A stretch of 64,000 nt of DNA from Candidatus Multivorans sp. (GCA_965247095.1 OZ251997.1:1536001-1600000); one strand, 5' to 3'. Shown: positions 8,940 through 18,280, numbered from the stretch's first letter. Made by a program: numbers and translations. The notes: generated from the sequence alone by a model not told the origin.

Positions 8940-10456
8940 TCCTCCTCCGCGAACTGCCAGTTCGGCGGCGGCTGGAAGTCTTCGCGGCCGGTGAAGAACG
9001 GCGCCACCGGATTCGGGGGCTGCAGGGCGCGGAACGCGGTGGCCTTCTCAAGCAGGCGGGCCACCAGATCGGGCTGTTCGGCCGCAACGTCCCGCTCTTC
9101 GAGCGGATCCTCGTCGAGCCGGAAGAGCAGCTTGCGCGATGCCTCGGCAGAGCCCTCCCGAACCAGCGGCGGCCCGACGACGACGAGCTTCCACTCACCC
9201 TCCGTCACCGAGACCTGCTCGCGCTCCGGGTCGAGTTGGGCGATGAAGGAGTAGAGATCACGCTCCGGACCGGCCTCGGCCTCACCCGTCAGCAGATCGC
9301 CGACATCCTGTCCGTCGAGCGGTTTGCCGCCGTGATCGTCGATGCCGGCGATGCCCATCAGAGTCGGCAGCACGTCGATGTAGGACACCGGCGCCTCGAT
9401 CCGGCCGCCACCCGAGATGTTCCCCACCGGCCAGCGCGCCGCTGCTGCGACCCGGGTGCCGCCCTCGAAGACGCTGCCCTTGGCGCCCCGGTACGGGCCG
9501 TTGTCGCCGATGCCGACGGAGCCGCCGTTGTCGCTGAAGAACAGCACGAGCGTGTTGTCCACGATGCCGTGCTCGTCGAGTGCATCGAGGATGCGGCCGA
9601 CGCCGTTATCGAGCGCGTGGACCATCGCGGCGTGGATGCGGCGGCCGTCGCGGCGCCGGCCGTCGGCGGCGAGCGGCCGTCCGGCGGTCGATTCCTCCCA
9701 GCCCCGCGGCGGCTCGATTGCTTCCAAATCAGCGTAGCGCTGCAGATCCTCGTCCTTCGCCTGCAGCGGCGAGTGCGGAGCGCTGAACGGGACGTACAGG
9801 AAGAACGGCGCCTCGCCACTGGCGTGCTTATCGATGAACCGCACAGCGTGCTCGGCCAGCAGGTCCGTCACGTAGCCCTCTTCGTCCACCGACTCGTAGT
9901 CGTGGCTCCAGTCCCGCTCGCCGATGCGCTCCTTCGTGAAGTAGTCGACCGCCGTGTTGTGGCCCACGAACTCCGTGAAGCCCCGGCGCAGCGGGTGGTA
10001 CTTGCGGTCGAAGTGACCCAGGTGCCACTTGCCGAAGATGCCGCGGTGCTCGTAACCGGCACGAGCCAGCACTTCCGGCAGGGCGACCTCCGACGTGTCG
10101 AGACCGTAGTCCCGCCACGGCGCGATCACCGCCCGCATCAGACCGAAACGGATCGGATAGCGGCCGGTCATCAGCCCCGCCCGCGTCGGCGAGCAGACGG
10201 GAGCGCTGTAGAAGCGCTCGATCAGCACCCCTGCGGCCGCGATGCGGTCGATGTTCGGGGTCGCGATCTCGCCGCCGTGGAAGCTGACGTCGTGGCGTCC
10301 GAGATCGTCCGGAACGATGAGGACGATGTTGGGGAGGGGTTGCGGCGCGGTAGCCGAGTCCGGGGCGGGGCCGTCGGCGCAGGCGGCGAGTAGAAGGGCC
10401 GGCGCGACGAGCGCGAACGCGTGGAAGAGAGGAAGACGGACCGGAAGCTGGGGCAC
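8936..10456 (-). CDS. Arylsulfatase (Cys-type), lipoprotein
   Basis: PNIVLIVPDDLG, CSPTRAGLMTGR, GKWHLG, SDNGG, lipobox LAAC. Confidence 0.93.
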   Translation of the reverse strand: MPQLPVRLPLFHAFALVAPALLLAACADGPAPDSATAPQPLPNIVLIVPDDLGRHDVSFHGGEIATPNIDRIAAAGVLIERFYSAPVCSPTRAGLMTGRYPIRFGLMRAVIAPWRDYGLDTSEVALPEVLARAGYEHRGIFGKWHLGHFDRKYHPLRRGFTEFVGHNTAVDYFTKERIGERDWSHDYESVDEEGYVTDLLAEHAVRFIDKHASGEAPFFLYVPFSAPHSPLQAKDEDLQRYADLEAIEPPRGWEESTAGRPLAADGRRRDGRRIHAAMVHALDNGVGRILDALDEHGIVDNTLVLFFSDNGGSVGIGDNGPYRGAKGSVFEGGTRVAAAARWPVGNISGGGRIEAPVSYIDVLPTLMGIAGIDDHGGKPLDGQDVGDLLTGEAEAGPERDLYSFIAQLDPEREQVSVTEGEWKLVVVGPPLVREGSAEASRKLLFRLDEDPLEERDVAAEQPDLVARLLEKATAFRALQPPNPVAPFFTGREDFQPPPNWQFAEEE

Positions 10457-10559
10457 GATCCGCCTAGGTTACACGCGAGTGTTCGCTCGCCGCTTCCCGA
10501 CTCCGTAGGCAATGCATGGTAGCGAATGGAACCACTGAAGCTCCGCCCGACTCCACTCC

Positions 10560-10588
10560 TTGACAGCCGCCATTTTTCCGGGCATAAC
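10560..10588 (+). promoter_or_regulatory. Sigma70-like promoter for the small-ORF/ATPase cassette
   Basis: TTGACA (10560-65), 17-bp spacer, CATAAC (10583-88). Confidence 0.6.
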
Positions 10589-10746
10589 TCGGGTTCCTAT
10601 TCAGACCCGCTTCAGGTGTCGCCCGCCCGAGAGGATCAGACGACAAGAAAGTCTGAACTGACTCCTGCAGCCCGCCTAGAAGGCGATGGGACGTGGGAGG
10701 ACACTGTGAAGATCGTACGGACTAGATCGATCGGAGGAGACAGCGA

Positions 10747-10923
10747 ATGGCTAGGGTGCTAGATGAGATTCTTGAGACGTTCTACGCCAAGCTCTCGGAG
10801 TCGGACAGCGTGAACGAGGCAGCAGTACAGGAGTTGCGCACCCTCTTCGCTTCGGAGAAGAAGCTGAAGGCCGACGATTTCGTCGAGGTCCTCAAGAAGG
10901 CAGCGCGGGAGGGGCAGCGGTGA
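10747..10923 (+). CDS. 58-aa charged helical protein, not in ORF track
   Basis: GGAGGAG RBS; MARVLDEILETFYAKLSESDSVNEAAVQELRTLFASEKKLKADDFVEVLKKAAREGQR; its TGA overlaps the ATPase GTG (GTGA). Confidence 0.8.
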   Translation: MARVLDEILETFYAKLSESDSVNEAAVQELRTLFASEKKLKADDFVEVLKKAAREGQR

Positions 10924-13367
10924 TTCACATCGAATCGGTGGCCATACGTGAACTCAGGGGAATCCGCGAGCTTGAGATCGAGCCCCGCCGGAAGAACTTC
11001 GTCGTATCCGGGCCGAACGGCTCGGGGAAGAGTGGCGTGGTGGATGCCATTCAGTTCGCCTTAACCGGCGAGATGTCACGGCTTGCCGGTAAGGGAACCG
11101 GCGGACTCAGCGTCAGTCGCCACGGTCCCCACGTGGACCGTCGGGATGACCCTGCGTCAGCTGAGGTCTCGCTTCGGTTCTACGCCCCGGACTTCAAGAA
11201 ATCGGCCGTCCTGACCAGGAACGTCAAGAATGCCAAGAACTTCAACCTCGAACCTGACGAGCCCGAGATTAGGGCCCTCATCGAGGAGGTAGCGGATCAT
11301 CCGGAGCTGACGCTCTCGCGACGCGAGGTCATCAAGTACATCATCGTCGAGGCTGGGCAGCGGTCAAGGGAGGTTCAGGCCCTCCTGAAACTGGAGGCCA
11401 TCGGCCAGACCCGTGGTGTCTTGAAGACCGCGTCAAACAAACTCTCCAACGCTGCGGGTCAGGCACGGAGTGCCCTCCAGAGTGCAGACGACGCGCTCCG
11501 CCGCCATCTCGACGTAGAGATACTGGCACCAGAGGATGTCCTCGCAGCGATCAATCCGCACCGGCGGACCCTGGATCTGGGCCCGATCAGGGACCTGGAA
11601 GCGGATACCGATTTCAGGACCGGCATCTTGGAAGCCCTAACCGACACAAGCTTCAACAAAGGCGCCGCGCTCCGGGACGTGGAGGCGCTCAAGCGGGCCC
11701 ACATTGGCCTGCCCGCATTGGCCCACGAGGAAGTGGAATGTGTAGTGCGCGACCTCGCCACTCTGGACGGTGAGCCGGCGCTCCTTCAAGCGATCGCGCG
11801 CCAATCCTTCGTCGAGCGCGGTCTACGACTGATCGACGGAGACCATTGTCCGCTCTGCGATTCCGACTGGGAGAGCGAGGAAGCGTTGAAAGCACACTTG
11901 AGGGAAAAACTCTCCAAGGCGGACGAAGCGGATGCACTCCAGACACGGCTACTCGACAACGGGGCCAAGATCGCCAACCAAGCGCGGCGGATCGCGGGCT
12001 TGGTAGATACCGTGCAGCCTCTGGCGAAGCACTTCGGTCCGGACGGCTTCGGCGAGATGCTCGACAGATGGTCGTCAGACTTAAAGGCCTTTGCCGCGGC
12101 ACTGAGGACCGTCGAGTCGATCGTTGAACAACGCCCTCGGCTCGATCAAAGTTGGAGCCTGACTCCAAGGTCATTCGAGGATCTCTTGGAAGCCCTCAGA
12201 CTCGCGATCCAGGACAAACCCGACCAGAGTGCTTCAGTCGCCGCGCAGACTTTCTTGACGCTTGCCCAAGACCGCTTCTCCACCTGGCAGGACGCGCAGC
12301 GTCAAAAGAAGCGTGCCGAACTCGCGGCAGAGGCCGGGAGGGCCACCTACAACACGTACTGCGAGGTGGCCGATGGGTATCTGAGTGCGCTCTACGAGGC
12401 GGTTGAAGACGGGTTCGGCGCGTACTACCGGCAGATTAACGCGGAGGACGAAGACGGGTTCAGAGCGAAGCTGGAGCCTGCTGAAGGCGGCCTGGATCTG
12501 GAGGTGGCTTTCTACGATAAGGGAATGTACCCGCCGGGGGCCTACCACAGCGAGGGACACCAAGACGGGATGGGAGTCTGCCTCTACCTCGCACTCATGA
12601 AGCGGCTACTCGGCGATCGGTTCCACTTTGCATTACTCGACGACGTAGTGATGTCGGTCGATCGAGGTCACCGAAAAGAACTCTGCCGTCTGCTGAAGGA
12701 ACACTTCCCCGAAACGCAATTCATCATCACGACGCACGACAAAGTCTGGGCGAAGCAGATGCAGACAGAGGGTCTTGTCGAGTCGAGGGGAGGCGTCGCC
12801 TTCCACAGTTGGAGCGTGCAAACCGGGCCGGTCGTGGAACAGGCGGCCGGAGTTTGGGATGACATTGAATCAGATGTTGCCAAGGGTGACACGGGTGTTG
12901 CGGCGAGCCGGTTGCGCCGGCACATGGAGTACGTGGCTGGCGAGCTGGCGGACCAGCTCGGAGCGAGGCCGCCCTTCCGAGGCGACAACGCTTACGATCT
13001 GGGCGACCTCCTACCTGCGGTCATCGGGCGGCACGGAGAGCTACTGAAACTTGCCGCGAAGGCAGCGAACACGTGGAACGATGAGGATGGCAAGGCGAAG
13101 GTCGAGGACCTGAAGGGCAAGAGGGCCGAAGCGCTATCCGCATATGGCGGCGAAGCATGGGTCGTCAACAAGGCCGTCCACTTCAACGAATCGGTGAACT
13201 TCACGGGCGATGAGTTTCGGGAGGTAGTCGATGCCTTCAAGAGCTTGCTTGCGCAGCTGCGGTGTTCGTCATGTGAGTCGTGGTTTTACGTCATGCCTAG
13301 GAAGGGCGATCCTGAGAGCCTACGGTGTCGATGTGGGTCTGTGGTACTGAATCTGAACACGAAGTAA
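10920..13367 (+). CDS. SMC/Rad50/RloC-like ABC ATPase with zinc hook and C-terminal extension
   Basis: Walker A GPNGSGKS, coiled coil with CPLC, signature HSEGH, Walker B LLDDVVMSVD, H-loop ITTHD; C-terminal CSSC..CRCG. Confidence 0.85.
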   Translation: MIHIESVAIRELRGIRELEIEPRRKNFVVSGPNGSGKSGVVDAIQFALTGEMSRLAGKGTGGLSVSRHGPHVDRRDDPASAEVSLRFYAPDFKKSAVLTRNVKNAKNFNLEPDEPEIRALIEEVADHPELTLSRREVIKYIIVEAGQRSREVQALLKLEAIGQTRGVLKTASNKLSNAAGQARSALQSADDALRRHLDVEILAPEDVLAAINPHRRTLDLGPIRDLEADTDFRTGILEALTDTSFNKGAALRDVEALKRAHIGLPALAHEEVECVVRDLATLDGEPALLQAIARQSFVERGLRLIDGDHCPLCDSDWESEEALKAHLREKLSKADEADALQTRLLDNGAKIANQARRIAGLVDTVQPLAKHFGPDGFGEMLDRWSSDLKAFAAALRTVESIVEQRPRLDQSWSLTPRSFEDLLEALRLAIQDKPDQSASVAAQTFLTLAQDRFSTWQDAQRQKKRAELAAEAGRATYNTYCEVADGYLSALYEAVEDGFGAYYRQINAEDEDGFRAKLEPAEGGLDLEVAFYDKGMYPPGAYHSEGHQDGMGVCLYLALMKRLLGDRFHFALLDDVVMSVDRGHRKELCRLLKEHFPETQFIITTHDKVWAKQMQTEGLVESRGGVAFHSWSVQTGPVVEQAAGVWDDIESDVAKGDTGVAASRLRRHMEYVAGELADQLGARPPFRGDNAYDLGDLLPAVIGRHGELLKLAAKAANTWNDEDGKAKVEDLKGKRAEALSAYGGEAWVVNKAVHFNESVNFTGDEFREVVDAFKSLLAQLRCSSCESWFYVMPRKGDPESLRCRCGSVVLNLNTK

Positions 13368-13453
13368 AGAGGCGGGCCTTTCTCTGCCGCAATCGTCACT
13401 CCCTCACTACCAGCGACCGGCCAGAAGGCCGGCCCAATGACTCTCGGACTACG

Positions 13454-13520
13454 GCCGGATGCGGGCGGGACGCCCGCGTTCCCAGGTCCGGATGCCGGCG
13501 GGGACGCCGACGCACCCAGG
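13454..13520. repeat. REP-like palindromic repeats (one full and one degenerate copy)
   Basis: GCCGGATGCGGGCGGGACGCCCGCGTTCCCAGGTC between convergent genes; near-identical copy at 47106. Confidence 0.75.
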
Positions 13521-13524
13521 CCCG

Positions 13525-14679
13525 CTACGCTTCGCGCAACAGGTCGGTGATCTTCTGCCGCGAGGCGCCGAAGGCGGGCAGCAGGCCGCCGATGACGCCG
13601 GTGATCGTCGCCAGGAAGATGCCGGAGAACATCGCGAATGGGGTCGTACGCAGTTGGAAGGTGATCTCGCTGAACGTGACCTGGTTCATCGTGCCGGTCT
13701 GGATCGCGTTCAGAGGCAGGGCGAGGAGAGCGCCGAAGCCGCCGGCGACCAGGCCCAGGAGCACCGCTTCCAGGAAGAAGCTGCCCATGATCGAGCGCCG
13801 CCGGAAGCCGAGCGCGCGAAGGGTGCCGATCTCGCGGGCGCGGGCGGCGACCTGGGCGTACATCGTGTTGGCGGCGGCAAAGCAGGCGCCGACCGCCATC
13901 AGGACCGCGAGCACATTGCCGAGGACGATGAACTGGCCCGAAGCGGCATCCGTCTGCTGCTCGTAGTACTCCGTCTCCGGCACAGCGGACACCTGGAGCC
14001 GCTGATCGTCCTTGATCGCCGCGATCAGATCCCGGGTCGCGGCCGGTGACGCCGTCTTGAGCCGCGTCGAGGAGTAGTAACCACTGCGCCGGAACGAGTC
14101 GCCGAGATCGCGGGCATCGCCCCAGATCTCGGAGCCGTGTGCACCAACACCCATGAACGTGCCGACCACACAGAACGTGGTACGACCCATCTTGCGCTCG
14201 TCGCCGATCCGCAGCCCGAGTCTCCCGGCGAGGCTGCGGCCAACGATGATCTCGCCGCGCCCCGGCTCGAAGACCCTGCCCTCTACGATTTCGAAGGTCG
14301 GCCGGATCGCAAACGCCGCCGGCTCGACGCCGCGGACCATCACGTTCGTCTCGGTTCCGTCCACCCGTTTGAAGATCTGAATCGTCACCGTCTCGCCCGA
14401 CGCCAGCACCGACTCGTCGCCGCGCTCCACCCCCGGCATCGCCGCCAGCAGACGATGGCTCTCCTGACCGTAGGAGCTCTCCATCTCGCTGCGCGTCCCG
14501 TCCCTCATCACGATGACGATCGAAGGGTCGCCGGTCTCCGCGAAGGCTGCCCGCAGCCCGCCGGCGAGAGCGAGAACGCCGATGTAGACGAGAACGACGA
14601 AGCCAATCGAGGCCAGGGTCATGAAGGCCACGCCCCGGCGTTCGAACAGGTTGCGGTAGGTGTACTTGATCGGGATCAT
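13525..14679 (-). CDS. ABC transporter permease (MacB/FtsX family)
   Basis: N-terminal TM, periplasmic domain, RAREIGTLRALGF motif. Confidence 0.9.
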   Translation of the reverse strand: MIPIKYTYRNLFERRGVAFMTLASIGFVVLVYIGVLALAGGLRAAFAETGDPSIVIVMRDGTRSEMESSYGQESHRLLAAMPGVERGDESVLASGETVTIQIFKRVDGTETNVMVRGVEPAAFAIRPTFEIVEGRVFEPGRGEIIVGRSLAGRLGLRIGDERKMGRTTFCVVGTFMGVGAHGSEIWGDARDLGDSFRRSGYYSSTRLKTASPAATRDLIAAIKDDQRLQVSAVPETEYYEQQTDAASGQFIVLGNVLAVLMAVGACFAAANTMYAQVAARAREIGTLRALGFRRRSIMGSFFLEAVLLGLVAGGFGALLALPLNAIQTGTMNQVTFSEITFQLRTTPFAMFSGIFLATITGVIGGLLPAFGASRQKITDLLREA

Positions 14680-14710
14680 GCCGTCTCCTTATGCGCCCAG
14701 CCGTTCACCG

Positions 14711-15856
14711 TCAGAGCCTCCGCAAGCCGTCGACGATCTTGAGGCGGGCCGCGGCTACCGCGGGGAAGACGCCGCTCAGCAGGCCGATCGCGATGCCGAT
14801 CGCGACGGCGGTGGCCGCCGTCTGGCGGTCGAGACCGAAGCCCCCGAACCCGAAACCAAACCCGTCCAGGACCGGCGCCAGAGCCTGGAGGGCGCCCGCC
14901 GCGAAGGCGATGCCCAACAGCGAACCGAACACGCCCACCGCCAGCGACTCGCCGATCACCATGCCGATCACCTGGTTGCGGCGGAAACCCAGGGTACGGA
15001 GCACCGAGACCTCGGTGGTCCGCTCGCGCGCCGCCATCGCCATCGTGTTCGCGGTGATCAGGAAGATCGAGACGACGATCGCCAACCCGATCGCGGAGAA
15101 GAAGAACTGGACGTTGCCGAGCATCTCCGTGAAGGAAGCGGCGAACGCCTCCGCGGTCTCCGCCCGCACCTGGTTGTCCGAGTTCTCGAACATCGCCTCG
15201 GCGGCCGCAATCACCGCCGGCGACGCGTCCGGGTCGTCGAGGAGCAGCCAGTAGGTGCCGTTCTGACCCGGGTTGTTCATCGCCTCTTCGACGTAGCGCC
15301 GATGGAAGAAGATCTGCCGCTCCTGCGCCTCTTCCTCCACATCGAAGATCGCGCGCAGTTCGAGTTCAACGTTGATCGGGAAGATGTCGCCCTGGATTGC
15401 GATCACATCGCCGATCGCCCAGCCCTGGGTCTCGGCCAGCGTGCGGCCGGCGGCAAAGGCGGTCCGCTGCGCCGCGAAGGCCTCCCACTCCTCCTCGTTG
15501 AACTCGATGTCGTAGAACACGTCCCGGAAGGTCTCCGGATCGATCGTGAAGCGGGGGAAGAAGTTCTCGGGTCTCTGATCCTTGTAGACGCCCTGGAACC
15601 AGTTCTGCGGCGTCACCGCCTCGACATGATCGATCGTCCGCAGCCGCGCCTCGTACGCCTCGGGCAGCGGGAAGGTGAGCGAGATCGCGTTACGGACGAC
15701 CAGGCGGTCCGGAATCGACGACTCGTCGGCGAAGCTCAGCGCGTCGTTGACCACGCCGAGCAGCGCCAGGATGAACAGCGCCATCGCCAGGCTGGCCATG
15801 GTCAGGAAGGTGCGCCGCTTGTTGCGCAGCAGGTTGCGCCGGATCAGCTTGATCAT
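14711..15856 (-). CDS. ABC transporter permease (MacB/FtsX family)
   Basis: RNLLRNKRRTFLT, RERTTEVSVLRTLGF motif. Confidence 0.9.
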   Translation of the reverse strand: MIKLIRRNLLRNKRRTFLTMASLAMALFILALLGVVNDALSFADESSIPDRLVVRNAISLTFPLPEAYEARLRTIDHVEAVTPQNWFQGVYKDQRPENFFPRFTIDPETFRDVFYDIEFNEEEWEAFAAQRTAFAAGRTLAETQGWAIGDVIAIQGDIFPINVELELRAIFDVEEEAQERQIFFHRRYVEEAMNNPGQNGTYWLLLDDPDASPAVIAAAEAMFENSDNQVRAETAEAFAASFTEMLGNVQFFFSAIGLAIVVSIFLITANTMAMAARERTTEVSVLRTLGFRRNQVIGMVIGESLAVGVFGSLLGIAFAAGALQALAPVLDGFGFGFGGFGLDRQTAATAVAIGIAIGLLSGVFPAVAAARLKIVDGLRRL

Positions 15857-16576
15857 CCGCCCGCCCCCGTTTCCGATGAAACCAGTTGGCCCTTGTCGAG
15901 ACGCAGCAGGCGCTTCGCGCGCGCCGCCGCGGTCGGGTCGTGGGTCACCATGATGATCGTCTTGTTGAACTGCTGGTTCAGTTGCACGAGCAGGTCGAGC
16001 ACTTCGCGGCCCGAGTCGGCGTCCAGGTCGCCGGTCGGCTCGTCGGCGAGCAGCAGGGTCGGATCGGTGACGATGGCCCGGGCAATCGCCACCCGCTGTT
16101 CCTGGCCGCCCGAGAGCTGCCGCGGATAGTGCTTCATCCGGTTCTGCAGGCCCACCACGGAGAGCGCGGTCTGGACCCTCTTGCGGCGCGCCGCCTTGGA
16201 AGACCGACGCAACGTCAGCGGCAGTTCCACGTTCTCATAGGCGGTCAGCACGGGAATCAGGTTGTAGAACTGGAAGATGAAGCCGATGTTCCGCTGACGC
16301 CACCGCGCCAGCTTGCTCTCGTTCAGACGGTTGACGCGCTCGCCGGCGACGTTCAGCTCGCCGCTGCTCGGCCGGTCGATGCCGGCGAGCAGGTTGAGCA
16401 GCGTGCTCTTGCCTGAGCCTGAAGGCCCCATCAGCGCCACGAAGTCGCCCTGTTCGACGTCCAGGGTGATCCCCTGCAGCACCTTCAACTCGAAGGCGTC
16501 GCCCTCTCTGCCAACGTACGTGACACAGCGGCCATCCCGTTGAATAGTGGAGGGCACACGTTGGCAAGGAGGATCA

Positions 16577-17062
16577 ATGTCAAGACGAGAGCAGAGGTTT
16601 GGCGGCGGCTCGGAGCTCCCGGTCGCGGGTGTTGAGGAGCGTAGCGACGAGGCCCCCGCGGCCGGCGCGGCGCCCGCCGGGGCGGTTCCCGACCCGGAAG
16701 TGCTGGCGAGACCGACCAGGCGGCAGTTCACGGCGGAGTACCGGCTGCGGATTCTGGAGGAAGCGGACCGATGCACCCACCGCGGCGAGGTGGGTCGGCT
16801 GCTGCGGCGAGAGGGTCTGTACAGCTCCCATCTGGCCAACTGGCGCAAGGCGCGGCGCGAGGGCGCGCTTTCCGGTCTGAGGCCGAAGAAGCGGGGCCGC
16901 AAGCCGAACGAGGCCAACCCTCTGATGCCGAAGGTGAAGCGGCTGGAAGCGAAGGTCAAGCGTCTCGAGAGGGAAGTCGCCGCCGCGCACACGATCCTGG
17001 ACGTCCAGGGAAAAGTTGCAGGGCTGCTGGGATTCAGCCTCGAAGACGGGAAGGACTGCTGA
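16577..17062 (+). CDS. IS3 transposase OrfA (HTH)
   Basis: RBS AAGGAGG; RRQFTAEYRLRILEEAD..LLRREGLYSSHL; slippery G GGA AAA at 17008-17014. Confidence 0.88.
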   Translation: MSRREQRFGGGSELPVAGVEERSDEAPAAGAAPAGAVPDPEVLARPTRRQFTAEYRLRILEEADRCTHRGEVGRLLRREGLYSSHLANWRKARREGALSGLRPKKRGRKPNEANPLMPKVKRLEAKVKRLEREVAAAHTILDVQGKVAGLLGFSLEDGKDC

Positions 17063-18060
17063 TGGCGGCAAGGTCCCTGGCCCGGCAGGTCGGCGTCGCG
17101 CCGGCGTGCCGGGCGCTGGGCGTATCGCGATCGACCTTCTATCGTCGTGCGAGGCCCGCTCCCGGGCGACGGCAGCCCCGCCCCACGCCTGCCCGGGCAC
17201 TGAGCCAGATCGAGCGGAAACGGGTCGAGGCCACGCTTGCGTCGCCGCGTTTCGTCGATCGTTCGCCGGGAGAAGTGGTGGCCACCCTGCTCGACGAGGG
17301 CCGCTACCTGTGCTCGGAGCGCACGATGTACCGCATCCTCGAAGCGAACCACCCCGTGAGGGACCGCCGCAACCAGCGCGTCCATCCGTCGTACGCCAAG
17401 CCGGAGCTGGTCGCTGTCGCGCCCAACCAGGTCTGGTCGTGGGACATCACCAGGCTGCTCGGACCGCAGACCTGGACCTACTACTACCTCTACGTCCTGC
17501 TTGACCTCCTAAGCCGCTACGCGGTCGGCTGGATGGTCGCCGACCGCGAGAACTCCGCGCTCGCCCAAAGGCTCATCGAGGAGACCTGCCTCAAGCACGG
17601 CGTCAAGCCCCATGTCCTGACCCTGCATTCCGATCGAGGCGCCCCCATGACCAGCCAGGGTACCGCCCAACTGCTCGCCCGCCTCGGCGTGAACCGGTCC
17701 CTGGGCCGCCCGCGGGTCAGCGACGACAACCCCTACTCCGAAGCACAGTTCAAGACCCTCAAGTACCACCCCGACTTCCCCAGCCGCTTCCCCAACCAGG
17801 ACGCCGCGACCGACTACTGCAGGTCCTTCTTCCCCTGGTACAACACGGAACACCGCCATGCCGGCATCGCCATGCTGACCCCCGAGACCGTCCACTACGG
17901 CCGGGCGCAAGCCGTGATCGAGCAGCGCCAACGCACGCTGAGCGCCGCCTGGGAAAGCTCCCCCGAACGATTCGTCGGCGGCCAACCGATGCATACGCCA
18001 CTGCCCCAGGCCGTCTGGATCAACAAGCCCGACTACGAGACTGCAGAGACGACTCAGTAA
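17062..18060 (+). CDS. IS3 transposase OrfB (DDE integrase core)
   Basis: WSWDIT, HSDRG, SEAQFKTLK; -1 frame relative to OrfA, TGATG overlap. Confidence 0.92.
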   Translation: MAARSLARQVGVAPACRALGVSRSTFYRRARPAPGRRQPRPTPARALSQIERKRVEATLASPRFVDRSPGEVVATLLDEGRYLCSERTMYRILEANHPVRDRRNQRVHPSYAKPELVAVAPNQVWSWDITRLLGPQTWTYYYLYVLLDLLSRYAVGWMVADRENSALAQRLIEETCLKHGVKPHVLTLHSDRGAPMTSQGTAQLLARLGVNRSLGRPRVSDDNPYSEAQFKTLKYHPDFPSRFPNQDAATDYCRSFFPWYNTEHRHAGIAMLTPETVHYGRAQAVIEQRQRTLSAAWESSPERFVGGQPMHTPLPQAVWINKPDYETAETTQ

Positions 18061-18145
18061 ATCCAGAACCCCGCTGTGTCAATGTCGTTGACAGGTTCCG
18101 TCGCGCCGGTAGTTCTTCGTCACGTCCCGTAGTTGGACGACGGGT

Positions 18146-18257
18146 TCAGCCATGGAACAAAGCCTCCATGGCGCCGTGTGTACGCTCGCCTCTTCGCTCC
18201 GCTTCAGTCATGGATCAGATCCTCCATGGCGCTGTGTGTATGCGCACTTCTCTTGCT
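18146..18257. repeat. Degenerate 58-bp tandem duplication of the ATPase translation-start region
   Basis: TCAGCCATGGAACAAAGCCTCCATGGCGCCGTGTGTACGC at 18146 vs TCAGTCATGGATCAGATCCTCCATGGCGCTGTGTGTATGC at 18204. Confidence 0.8.
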
Positions 18258-18280
18258 GTGCCGGTCATCGTCCATTGGCG

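Larger units (their letters stand above)
16503..18098 (+). mobile_element. IS3-family insertion sequence
   Basis: Imperfect IRs TGCCAACGTACGTGACACAGCGG (16509-31) and revcomp TGTCAACGACATTGACACAGCGG (18071-93), 18/23 match; flanking direct repeat CGTCGC at 16497 and 18099. Confidence 0.93.
15853..18153 (-). pseudogene. ABC transporter ATP-binding gene interrupted by IS3-family element
   Basis: 5' part from ATG 18153 (MAEPVVQLRDVTKNYRRD) joins 3' part below 16502 (AFELKVLQG..GPSGSGKS..LSGGQ..DEPTG) into a 232-aa frame once the insertion is removed. Confidence 0.92.

Noticed and set aside
10920-13367. Housekeeping smc, recN or sbcC call
   Set aside because: No hinge domain or ScpAB, no SbcD partner, and an extra C-terminal domain after the ATPase
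15853-17385. 510-aa ABC ATPase with long N-terminal extension as a native gene
   Set aside because: The extension is antisense IS sequence; the true 5' end is at 18153
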